DNA from: Laetmonice hystrix
Lineage: Eukaryota
DNA length: 64,000 bases
Assembly: GCA_965235115.1 (NCBI GenBank)
Contig: OZ249436.1
Coordinates: 4,156,001 to 4,220,000 of the forward strand
Direction: 5' to 3'
Part shown: positions 36,428-47,743 of the stretch, one piece after another
How positions within the stretch are numbered: position 1 is the first letter of the stretch
Layout: each line of letters opens with the position of its first letter
Position numbers and translations under genes: made by a program
The notes under the pieces: generated by a model
The model's database searches: none
Told to the model about the DNA's origin: nothing
The model's input: only the letters and a program-made list of their open reading frames with translations

Positions 36428-37526
36428 TACAAACATTGTCGGCTGGAGGATTTCGATCTTCGAGTCACATATATCGCTACTCCGGTCAAATGTTGCTACT
36501 CGGTTCGTCGATATCGATCCTCGGCTCGCAGATTTCAGTACTCGGGTCCAATGCTGCTACTCGGCTCGCAGAGTTCGCTACTCGGGACATTGGACCCGAG
36601 TGGTACCCCCGTCACACTTATTCGGAATCAGCAAGAATCAAGCAGAACCAGCCGGAATGAAGAATTCTCAAAATTCGCGTCACATTCGGGAGGGAATTTT
36701 AAATTGACCAAGATTCTTACAGCTTTGTAAGAATGGCGTTCGAATACTTAGAATGCACTTCGAACCCGCCTCGAATGATTCTTGCACATTCCGGGTGTAT
36801 TAGCTCTCAAATGCAGCTCGAATGTAGTTGGAACACAGTAGGAATATTTAGAATGCTGTTAGAATGCAGTCAGAATATTTAGAATGCACCTCGAATGCCG
36901 TACGATTGCGGTTCGATTGCTGCCCAAATTCAAACAGAATGCAGCTCGAATACTTAGAATGCACTTCGAATGTACTTAGAATGTAACACGAATGTCCCGA
37001 GTATAGATTCCGACAGCAATCGAGATGCATTCGAGGTGCATTCCGGCTCATTCGAGGCGCATTCGGGACATTCTGGCAGGATTTGAAGTGGCTTGCCGTT
37101 TCGATTCTGCCTCGAATGCGATCAGAATGTTTCGAATGCTATTGGAATGCCGTAAGAATATTTAGAATGCAGTCAGAGTGCATTTACAATACACTTTGAA
37201 TGCCGTTCGATATTTTCCCCCTTCGAATGCACCTCGAAAGTTTTGAGCATGAGCAAAACATTCGGGCAGGCCACAAGAATGGGCCCGAATATTTGGAATG
37301 CACTCAGAATGCAGTCAGAACTTTTAGAATGCAGTTCGAATATCCAGGAATATACCAAGAATTTTCATTCCGACGGCATTCTGGCTCATTCCGCCTTTAG
37401 TGTGACTAGGGTATAACGAAATCTGCGAGCCGAGGATCGAAATCGACGACCCGAGTAGCAACATTTGACCGGAGTAGCGAGATCTGTAACCCAAGGATCG
37501 AAATCCTCCAGCCGAGAATGTTTGTA
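36428..37526. mobile_element. Inverted-repeat element (arms 36428-36536 and 37418-37526) with a nested GAATG-rich MITE (36604-37413)
   Basis: Outer arms are diverged reverse complements over ~110 bp; inner termini TACCCCCGTCACACT / AGTGTGACTAGGGTA. Confidence 0.75.
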
Positions 37527-38387
37527 CTTTTCGGCCACAGTAATAACTACGTAATAAAAACACATGTAGGGCCTAGAGGATATATCGCTCGCTTGCATTC
37601 AGCTGCACTCGGGGATACATCTTATACACCGAGGCGTGTCATTTCTTAAATATTCATCCATCTTCAAACAAATCTTCTATTGATGTAGTAAAAAGTTGAT
37701 CAATGTGTACATAGCTTGCTTTGACGACGGCGTTCCGGTTATTATTATTTCAAGACGAAAATGCATCGTGCCCGCAGTCCCGTGCGCAGTCAGCTTTCAG
37801 AAAAAGTTACTTTTGTTACCGACTGGTTACGAAGTATTGGAGATAAAAGTTGAGTTCGATAACTGTCTTGAGTTCACCAATCAATACCACACGAAGTGTC
37901 CTGTTGATACCTGTCTTTGTGATCCACAGGCCCGTATACGGGGGTGGGGGTGGGGGTGCGAAGTCCAGGATTTTCAGCAGGGGAGGGGGTGGGGGGGGGG
38001 GCTCTCAGGAAATTAAAAAAAAATAGAAGCTCTGAGACGCGATTCCCCGCAATTTAGGGGCCATTTTAGGGCATTACATTTTGTGGGTTCATCGCTAGCT
38101 CAATGGGTTCAAAACGGCGGGAATGCTTAATATCTCTGTGGGAGCAGGGGGGGTCCGGACCCCCTGGACCCCCCCCCCCCTGGATACGCGCTTGCCACCC
38201 CCCTCCAACCGAGCCACCAAGGTCCGCCTTTCGCAAGTCCCAAATGCATAGCATAAGCCTCCAGATATACTAAAATGACAAAGGCCTCCCTCCAAAATAA
38301 ATAAATTTAAATAGGCCTAAAGGTTAAATAAAAATTATCGGACCCTCTCTCCAAGGCATTGCACGTACGGCGCTTGTATCAACACTC

Positions 38388-38788
38388 CATTCCGGGAGCG
38401 TTCTGACTGCATTTGAGGTGAATTCGTACAGCATTCGAGGGACCTTCCAACCAGACTTCGGGTGGTATTTGGGCAGCAATCGAACCGCACTCGCACGGCA
38501 TTCGAGGTGCATTCTAAATATTCTGACTGCATTCTAACAGCATTCTAAATAATCCTACTGTGTTCCAACTATATTCGAGCTGCACACGAGAGCTAATACA
38601 CCCGGAATGTGCAAGAATCATTCGAGGCGGGTTCGAAGCGCATTCTAAGTATTCGAACACCACTCTTACAAAGCTGTAAGCATTTTGGTCAATTTAAAAT
38701 TCCCTCCCGAATGTAGCGCGAATTTTAAGAACTCTTCATTCCGGCTGGTTCTGCTTGATTCCTGCTGATTTCGAATAAGTGTGACGGG
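38388..38788. mobile_element. Partial inverted second copy of the GAATG-rich MITE
   Basis: ~38470-38788 is the reverse complement of ~36608-36927; the same spurious peptide PVTLIRNQQESSRTSRNEEF appears on opposite strands in the ORF track. Confidence 0.8.
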
Positions 38789-39424
38789 AGCAGGAGCCAC
38801 ACTGACGCGGACGAAATTTGCACGAGAATTTGCTAAACATTTTCGCCCGCGTGAAGGGGCGCGGAAGTAGCCCACACAGATCGCGAACGATTTTTAAGGC
38901 GGACGGAAATAATGGCCACACTGATCGGTGGGAGGGAAGTTATTTTGACCGAGCCGGGAAGTTGCGCCTACGAACTCTAGATGGCGTATGTATATATAAA
39001 TCGTTTTGCCGCCTATTCCCCATCTTGTCCAATGATATCGATCGTGCATAATACGATTTGTGCTGTAGGAGCCCTCTATTGGCTGGTGGGGGCCTATTAT
39101 ATATATAGCAGTAGGGCCTATAGCTATAGCAGTTACAAGAATGAGAAGGAGAACAAGGCAACTCCATGCATGAACTGGTCTTCCTCGGCTCGGTAGGGGG
39201 CAGACAAAATTTCCGCGCGCGAATGAATTTGCCAGCGGAAATATCTAATTTTTTTAGATGTTTCCGCATGGCCACGCGGATGACACTCGATTCCGCATAG
39301 GTCCATATTTCCGCCCGCATGATACAAACACACCGATGTAGTCTACATGCGGAAGTGTAATTTCCGCGCGCCGATGAATTTTCTCCTCCCGCCTAAGGAT
39401 TTTCGCATCAGTGTGGGCCCTGCT
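38789..39424. mobile_element. MITE with AGCAGGGCCCACACTGA-type termini, copy A
   Basis: AGCAGGAGCCACACTGA ... TCAGTGTGGGCCCTGCT|TAA; both ends match 41880-42476 in reverse orientation. Confidence 0.75.
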
Positions 39425-39605
39425 TAACACCTGGGGTGGTATTTCCAGACGCACGAAACAAGCATTGTATAACTTGTTTTTGTTGGTGGGTCGATAGATA
39501 TGTTGAATTGTTTAACAGCTCTCCCCAGACATTTTCTATGGGATTGACATCTGGCGACTGGGCTGGCTACTGCATCACCTGGATTCCATTTCTATTCAAA
39601 AGCCG
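39425..39605 (-). mobile_element. Degenerate Tc1/mariner transposase C-terminal fragment
   Basis: Minus strand reads LLNRNGIQVMQ*PAQSPDVNPIENVWGELL (Tc1 WPxxSPDLNPIENxW motif with W mutated to TAG), then frameshifted YRPTNKNKLYNA...EIPPQVL; cut by MITE copy A. Confidence 0.85.
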
Positions 39606-41879
39606 CGGCGCTTGTTTACGGAGCCCTGTTGGGGACATGAAGAGAAAAAATAGTTTCAGAGAACAAAATTTCTGGTGATCTCGAAATTAACATTTAGTGA
39701 CGTCATTAACTCTTTATTACGACTGTGTGTACACTTAGTGACGTCATTAACTCGTTATTACGACTTAATGACGTCATGATGTGACAACTAGGGTTCGATG
39801 GGAGCCTTTTTATTGCCTTAGCGCATGTAATGAGCAGTTCATGTATTATCAAACCATAATGGACCAACTTATTAATTATTGTTTTCCATATAAAACAGTC
39901 ACTCGGCACTGAGGTGATACACTGTGAATTTTTGGTGTCCGTGAGCAGCAGGTTACCTAGATTGACTGATAATCATATTTTTCAGTTAGAAGATCCACTT
40001 CCTGCTGAATTCACTATTAGTGTGGCTGAAACCAAACAAGCTCTGTGTATAAGGTTAAGACTAACCAAGCTACAGGGGCCGCTAATGTCCCACCTTGGAT
40101 ACTTTGAGATTTTGCATACATATTGGAGTGGGGGATAATGGACTTAAGGTCTTAAAAGAAAAGAAAATCGTCAGTCTGTACAGGCCAGGCACACAGGCCG
40201 TGATATTCTAAGCAAGTTAAAAAAGGTTTGAACACAATTGGTGCTCAAATAGTTAAGATATAAGCACTTATTGTTTGGGGCCTGCTCAGCTGGTGGAGGC
40301 CGCCATAGCGTCTGCTCGTTGGGCTAATCCCAAATTACGCATGCTCGACCTAGCTAGGCCTGACCAATCACAGCACGACTGCTCTCCAGTTTGGGAGGAA
40401 CTAAAAACTGACGCACCTGTTGCGTTGAGCGATTCGGAAGGTAGCGATCGTTGACAGCTTATTAAAATTTGTTCGCACATAGACGAAAACCATCGATAGT
40501 GGTGAGGAATGGCTAGGAATTAAGCCTACCGATGTCAGGAGATATATCAGGGTGGACACGGATCTGGGCAGCCGTGGGTTTCGGCCGCCTGCATTCAATT
40601 CGTCCCGCTCGGATGTTGACGTGTGATGTTGACGGAGCTCAACGCCACTGGGCGCGGGGCCCACTCTGACTGCGACCGCGGGCACTGGCAGTGTCAGCAC
40701 CACAGGAGTCAGACTCCAGTGGTCAGCACCGACCTGTTGCGTTCAGTTGTGACTGTGACTGTGGGACTGACCCCAGTCGATTTGCCCACCCGCCTCGGCC
40801 GCCATTAGCCTAGTCTAGCCTAGCCCCGGCATGCAATAGATGGGCACAATTTAAGGACGTCTTACTTCCGACCAGTCCCACAAATGGCTGCGCCGCTGAA
40901 GCCAGTGATTTTGTCACGGTTGTCATGTTCAATATATGACTTCTTGGAATAGGGGGACATTTATTTCCAACCACTACTCTGAAAGGTGAGTATATATAGA
41001 GGCCTTGCAGCTGTCCAAATGTGATTTTTGAGTGGACTTCTCCTTTAAATAGGGGCAAAAAGGGGAGGCGAGACACAAGACAGCATAAATAGTTGATAAT
41101 GATAGATATTTGTTACTTCATGGTTCCTGACCCGTTGTGGTTGGTGGCTTACCTGGTTATGTGTGCGTTATTCATAAAAGATAGATGATAGGGTTACTGC
41201 TGGACAAAAAGGGGGATGCATCACTCATTTGGGAGGCGAGCCAGCAACAGCAAACACACACCGCGGAGCAGCAGGGTAGATCTTCGGCGCAGGAGCTAGG
41301 TAGCACTGGGTTGGAAGGCTCGGCAGTGACCTATCAGTTGCCAGCTTTCGCCGGACCAGGTATGCCAAATGCACTTCTGCGGCTTAACTCCGCTCTCACG
41401 ATGCTGCTCTACTGCGAGCTGCTGCTCAGGCGGGTGGTAGTGCTGGCTGCCGTCCCATCGGAGAGGCTGGATCACTCTCCCCGAATTCAAGGCGTGCAGG
41501 TCCTTTTATAGGGGGTCCCTGCAGCCGACCAGGCCGGCGACCAGTGGGGGGGGGGGGGCAGCCCTATCCACCCGGCCAGCGGGGCTGACCAATGGGCCAG
41601 CATCCGCCCGGGGAGTGGCCTGAGATTGACATCTCAGCTCCCCACTTGGCCACGCCCACGCACGCACAGTCTGGACACTGGCGGGTGGGATCGAGGGGGG
41701 GCCACCACGGCCACCGGCACATACACACCAAAATAATGCCTTACAATAAAACTTAAAGAAACACATAAACACAAAATTGCCACAGTACTCGCATCCTGTT
41801 TCCCCTTAATCCCAGAGGTTTTCTTCTGAAAATGCGACTGTAGATACCTCAAGGAAGCAGCCGACGCCTGATAGTCTAA

Positions 41880-42476
41880 AGCAGGGCCCACATTGACGCG
41901 AAAATCCTTAAGCGGGCGGAAAGAATTTATCCGCGCGGGGAAATTGCACTTCCGCATACATCCGCGCCAGTGTGTTCGTGTCGCGCGGGCGGAAATATGG
42001 AATGCAGAATCGCGTGGCATCCGCGTGGCCATGCGAAAATATCTATAAAAAAATAGATATTTCCGCCTGTCGCGCGGAAATTTTGTCGTATGAATGGGGG
42101 TCTGTGGGCCCTCCCCCAGAAAAAAAGAAAATTACAGTGCCAAATACGTGATATAGACCAGCCTTTAGGCCTATAATAGGCCTATAGGCTTAGACAATTG
42201 GACATTTAAATTTTGAAAATCTTATAAAAAAGGGCACTTGGGGGAGAGAAAATGGCACTTGGGGCGGAAGGGGGGTGCGCACCGCCTGCACCCCCCCCCG
42301 GCTAAATTCACTCCTACCGATCAGTGTGGCCATTATTTCCGTCTGCCTTAAAACATCATTCGCGTTCTGTGTGGGCTACTTCCGCGCCCCTTCACGCGGG
42401 CGAAAATGTTGCGTGCGGATGTATTAAATTCGCTCGCACGCGTGGAAATTTCGTCCACGCCAGTGTGGCCCCTACT
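41880..42476. mobile_element. MITE with AGCAGGGCCCACACTGA-type termini, copy B (inverted relative to A)
   Basis: TAA|AGCAGGGCCCACATTGA ... CAGTGTGGCCCCTACT|TGA. Confidence 0.75.
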
Positions 42477-42549
42477 TGAAGCGCCCTGTATCCACCCAAA
42501 CTCCTGGCCGTACGGCGTGAAAACGCCCCCGCCGGTGCAAAGCTGAATA

Positions 42550-42885
42550 CACGATATGTCCGCATGACATTATTCTGTTCGGTATTTATGGAAACTTTGA
42601 TATGAAATGAAACTAATGTGATCATGTCCTGCATGGCGTTCGCGGTTTTCTCCCCAAAACGACACGATATATCCGACCAGCACGATATGTCCGCGTTTTT
42701 CACAGCAGAAATGGCACGATATGTCCTACCGGCACGATATGTCCGCAGTTTGTTCCCCCAAACTGCACTATACATGTATGTCCGACCGGCACGATATGTC
42801 CGCGTTTTTTTTCAGCAAAACCGACACGATATGTCCACCGGCAGGATATGTCCGCGTTATAAGCAAAACCGGCACGATATGTTCA
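42550..42885. repeat. Irregular cluster of CACGATATGTCC motifs, probably transposon subterminal repeats
   Basis: About nine copies of (GG)CACGATATGTCC at variable spacing. Confidence 0.6.
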
Positions 42886-43336
42886 CATTTCTTTTCAGCA
42901 AAAAAAAAAAAAAAAAAAAAGGCTCCACATGCCTGCTCGTTAAAATAGTTGGCGTTTTTTCTTACAAAGTAATATTTGATATATTTATTGAAAAAGAAAA
43001 ATTTCAGTTGACATACAGTGCGTATCGAAAAAGGTAATCCAGATCCAAGGGGTTAATATGCCGAGGTCACTAAGTCTGACAAGTTGCAAGTGGCTTACCA
43101 TTTAAGAGGAGCTCTTCGGCTTTCCATTGATACTTTTCTTGCATAATTGCTGCCACAAATAACCGAGTACACATTCATTGAAAATGACCTGTCGAAATCA
43201 CTTTTTTCCAAATTTGAGGAACTGGTGTTTGAGAAGCCAGTAATGAAGAAATTCAGATCTTACGTTTATCAACTGAAAATAATTAAGATAAACAAGATCG
43301 TCTCAGGAATAAGTGGACTTTATTCAAAAAGGATAT

Positions 43337-43464
43337 CTTCGAACCTTTCTCTTTTATGCACCCACACGAGCTGTGCACGACATGCGCCACCGCTGTGAAC
43401 TTTGTGTTGAGAGGGGAGGTGGACATGTGGAGGGTGTGGGTGCATAAAAGGGAAAGGTTCGAAG
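43337..43464. repeat. 128-bp hairpin / mini inverted-repeat element
   Basis: CTTCGAACCTTTCTCTTTTATGCACCCACAC versus GTGTGGGTGCATAAAAGGGAAAGGTTCGAAG (31-bp arms, one mismatch). Confidence 0.85.
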
Positions 43465-43993
43465 TTAGTTACAGAAATTGTCCATTGGCGGGAACGTGAC
43501 CGCCGAATCTAGCAAGGCGAAGTAGTATAGAGAAATAACTCCAAGGATCAGGCTAGATATGGCTACCGAAACAACTACCGGTATGTGGTTATTATCCCAT
43601 TAGCACGGGGACGGGATCTTGAAATTGTGTGCTTGTAGTAAAAACTATGTCTATCTCAGTTATTTTCCAAGATATCTTAACAAAACTTGGCACACACCTT
43701 GACCATGACGATGTCTGGTCAGACAATCAGTCATTACCGGTTAAATCACTCCTTCCTCATTTTCCGGTGAAATTTGACAATATTAGTTTCGGATGAAACC
43801 GACTGTGAAGGATTTATTATGTCATTAAACCACGACTTTACGGGAAAATGGAATATTAAGAAGATTATAGATTAAAAAAGGCTTTTATGATTTGACTGGC
43901 TGACGTGAACGAGCCATGGTGGAAGTCGACTTTTCTGAGGTTCTAATGTACACGTGGATCACGTGAAGATAGGCCTATAATATATGGAGAATA

Positions 43994-46900
43994 CTAGACT
44001 GTAAGCTTTGAACCCATCAGTGACATCTCGAGTTGGGGGTTTCCATAGTGACACGGAATGACGCGGTTTATGGTGACGGAAGTGATTGTACCGCGACCTT
44101 TTCCCCGGGTCACCTGTTCCTTCCGGAATAGAAACGTCTGCGCCGCGCGCAACAGACGCCCCCGGAAATCAGCAATGTCTGTCTGCGGAAAGAGCTGCGT
44201 CGGATTGTCTACGTCTCCGAGCACCTCTGTTCTCTCTCGTTTGTCTTTACCTCTCACTATCTGCTTATTGGTCTCATCAAACAAACGAATTCTGCGGCAT
44301 TTCGTATTCATTTCCGGTCTGAGGCCGTGGATGGTGTATGGTAGTCGAGACTCGAGGAACCCCTCGATGTGTTTCCGTTTGAGGCTGTCCATGGTGTCCG
44401 TTGCCATGGGGCGACGTTTCTTCCGGCGAACAAGAAGGCGGAAGTTTTCGATGCTGTACTTTAAATTTAACGAGTTTTTGTTTAAGGGTGGGGCGGCCCG
44501 GTCTCCTGTCGGACACGGTGGCTGCTGCTCGCCATGCGATGCTAGATTGTCTGGTTCTGAATTCAGATCGGCAAGTGTTTGCCCTTGTGAATGTCCTTCA
44601 GGTTTGGCCGGCTGAGAAACGACCTGCTGTTGATGCGCCCGTACGGACCCGTTAATTGTTCCAATGTTATAAAGTAATGCGGCCCTGTCTCCATGGACTT
44701 TCCTTGAGGCGACTTTGTCCCTCCATCCCGCCGACAAACACCTTTTGTTTGGTGACCTCCAGTGACTTTGCTCAGTATCCTCCATGGCATCGCGGTCAAC
44801 CAGAGCTCTAGATTTAGACCCCCTATAAGCCAACACTTTGGGTTCTGCTGCATTGTGAACGAGTCCCTTGGCTTGGTATCCACCTGCTAGTTCCTCCTCT
44901 GATATGACGACATGTTCTTTGGTGTCTACAGGTCGGAATGGTACAATGGAAATCTGGCTTTTGCTTGGCGCCCGTGTTGTGAGTTGCTGCCATCGCCAGG
45001 TGGTGGAGCCACCGTCGCCCTGTTCATAGCCATCTTCGCCTCTGTCATCAATAAAACGTATTATCGAATTTACCATGCTTTCGTAGGAAGGTTTGGGTTG
45101 GATCGACGTTTTTGAAGTCGTGTTGGACCCGGTCTTGCCGTCAACGAGTCTGCCATTTGTAATGAGTTTGCTTGCCATGTCTAATGGACCGCACGTGGTC
45201 AATGCCTTGGCCAGCAGACTTACCACCGAATCGCTGTGAGATACGGCGGTTAGGTCAAGGGAATGCTTTGATTTGACAAAGGACCCCTCCGAGTGTTTAC
45301 CTTGCGACAGGAATGACTTTTTAGGAACAAGGGTAAAGGACGTGGCAGAAGAACTGTCTGTTTTCAGTGAATGTTCGCGTGAAGTCGGTGAAACGGGTCG
45401 ATTCGAGGAGAACCCAGGGCTGTCGGTACGCGGGACCTGGCTGGTGGTAACAAGGGTCGATGACGTCATGCTGCTAGCCGAGTCGAGCTGTGACGATACC
45501 GCCCTGTCCACGCCGTAGTACGTGAACGTAATCTTGACATCTTCGGTGTTAAGTGTAATCACCTGAAATAAACCGTTTACAAACTGTGAGACGCACTTGC
45601 CTTTAATACGCATACATTGTTGTGATAGTTTTAAGGAAATTAAATTTGAATTTTCAATTATAAAGTCAGTGAGTATGAACAATTGAACATAAATTAATTA
45701 CAAGTAAAAGAATGACAGGACCACTAGGGTCTAGGCCTATTATAGAAGCGGCGAATCCCGAATTTGGGTGTTTTGAAATAATAGGCCTATTGACCATTTT
45801 TAGACAGACTATTTCCTCTAATGCATGTTACATCAGGCATCAAATTGAAACACCATTTAGGGCTATATAAAGGAACAATCAAGTCTAACAAAAAAAACAA
45901 CAATGGCCAAAGCTCTGTCAACCGGAAGTTGCGCACACAGAGACCGGAAATAGGCTACACATTGTCGATTCACCCGTTTGAAAAAATTCTAAGATTCGTC
46001 CCAAGGTCTGATTCGGCCCCAGTTCGCCCCTTCGAGACATTTTATGTTGGGTCATTCGCCTTTCTGTATTTTGTAAATTTTCTTATTGGGGGGGGGGGGG
46101 GGGGTCTAAGCGATAGAAAAATGAATATAAAGTGTCATACAAGGTATAGGGGCTATAGCCGATAGTTATTGAGTACCGTAATTTTCTCTCGAGGGCGAAT
46201 CCACAATAGTTAGGCTAGGCCTAGATCTATGGTTGAGGACAGTTCCCCTCTAGTCTATAAATGCGACGCGAAACGCGAAATCCGTTCAGTTAAGACCAGT
46301 TCGACAAGTTGAGTGGTCACAGTGAATCTAGACTTACTAAGTTAGCTATTCAGATTTTTAAACCCAGAAATATATTTTGACAAGTTGGCTCTCTTTGTTA
46401 ATGACTATAGATTTAGCCTAAGCCTACTCCAGTTTTCAGGAAGAAAGAATGATTACCCTATAGCCTATACTAATAGACAGATCTATGCTATGTTTGTATC
46501 TATTTTTGTAGACTTACATTATTATCCTCTTTGAGAACAGTCTGGTAGCAGGGGATCTGGCATGTGTCGAAGCGTCCAACTTTATGCGTGTTCAGGTATC
46601 CGGCGTCTGAGAGTAAATAAAGATTCTCCACAAACTGGTCGAGTAGTTCACCTTCACAGACGCGCAGTGAGCTGCAGTCCTGCCACTCATCCGAATACAG
46701 GAACGACCAGAAGCTACCTACCGTGTCAAATGAGGACAAACAATCTATTTTAACACATCTAATTTTTTTTAAACACAGCAGACAGAATCATATGCAACTA
46801 TAAATGTAAGTCTATAAATGCAGCCAAGGGTGTAGCAAGGGGAGGTTCGAGGTTGCCTGGACCCCCCCCCCCAGCCCCATAAAAAAAAGTAATAGATAAT

Positions 46901-47247
46901 TAAATAACTAAATAAATGAATGACTATAATATTATGGTTGGGACCCCCCCCCCCCCCATCTCAGTTGGAACCCCCCTCCCAGAGCTGTCACAAAGACACT
47001 GAAAACACTTACTTTCATTAAATGTACGGATTTGGAGAGGAAGGTCCCTATCGTAGCGCTCACATCGAACTTCAGACTGCAGTCGCTCCAAAGTACTGTA
47101 TGCAAACAGTTTTAAGAAGCGAATGTCATCGCGCAGGTCGGCATTCCTCTCTAGATTCGGATGGAGATCGAAGCGTACCCCCTTCTTACGGAACTTTATG
47201 TAATTCTTTATCTTGATGTACGAAATGTTCCGCTTATCATTGTTCAT
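43994..47247 (-). CDS. Uncharacterised protein, ~667 aa, 3 exons
   Basis: Exons 47013-47247, 46518-46717 and 43994-45562 total 2004 nt, joined in frame by GTAAGT donors and AG acceptors; ATG in ACCATG context. ~165-aa ordered-looking N-terminus, then an S/T-rich and basic region. Start codon not certain. Confidence 0.78.
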
Positions 47248-47743
47248 GGTACTTTTTGGGAGCAGGTCATTATCTTGGAGCGACTCTGTCTTATGGTTGT
47301 CATAGTAAACGTCACAATTAATAATCTACCTCTATTACGTCATACAATCAACACGATATGACACGTCACAGTATCTTTATTCATTGTCCGTCTTGTCTTT
47401 AGAAATGATTAATCTACAAACTCATAATAATTAGTCATAATAAAGGAGGATATATCTGCATGCCCACGATCCTCTCGAGAATGAAACCATTGAGCATCTG
47501 GATGAGACTCCCATCAACATCTGTTCTCTGATGAGGCATGAGGCCGATAGTTTAGTTGGAGCCCAATGTAGATTTTTAAAGGCCACTACTCGTTCGTCAG
47601 GGTTTGACTGCGCATGCTCACAGGACCATCGAAGTTGTTTACATCATGGCGGCGGTTGTTACAGAGGATTGAAGGCACGTTTGAAGGCAAAACACATGCC
47701 TAAAACACGTCTATAACATGAACAAATAGATCTAATAATAAGT
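47248..47743. promoter_or_regulatory. Probable bidirectional promoter between the uncharacterised gene and LRRC49
   Basis: Divergent ATGs ~500 bp apart; X-box-like GTTGTCATAGTAAAC at 47296-47310; NRF1-like TGCGCATGCTCA near 47609; YY1-like CATGGCGGC near 47645. Confidence 0.6.

Noticed and set aside
45563..45682. N-terminal 40 aa of the 562-aa track ORF
   Set aside because: Non-ATG start in AT-rich sequence upstream of a clear TTTCAG acceptor; interpreted as intron
47528..47560. Hammerhead-like CTGATGAGGC...GCCGATA
   Set aside because: GATA in place of the GAAA core and no stem I/III partners; CTGATGA at 2759 and 9784 also lack a core
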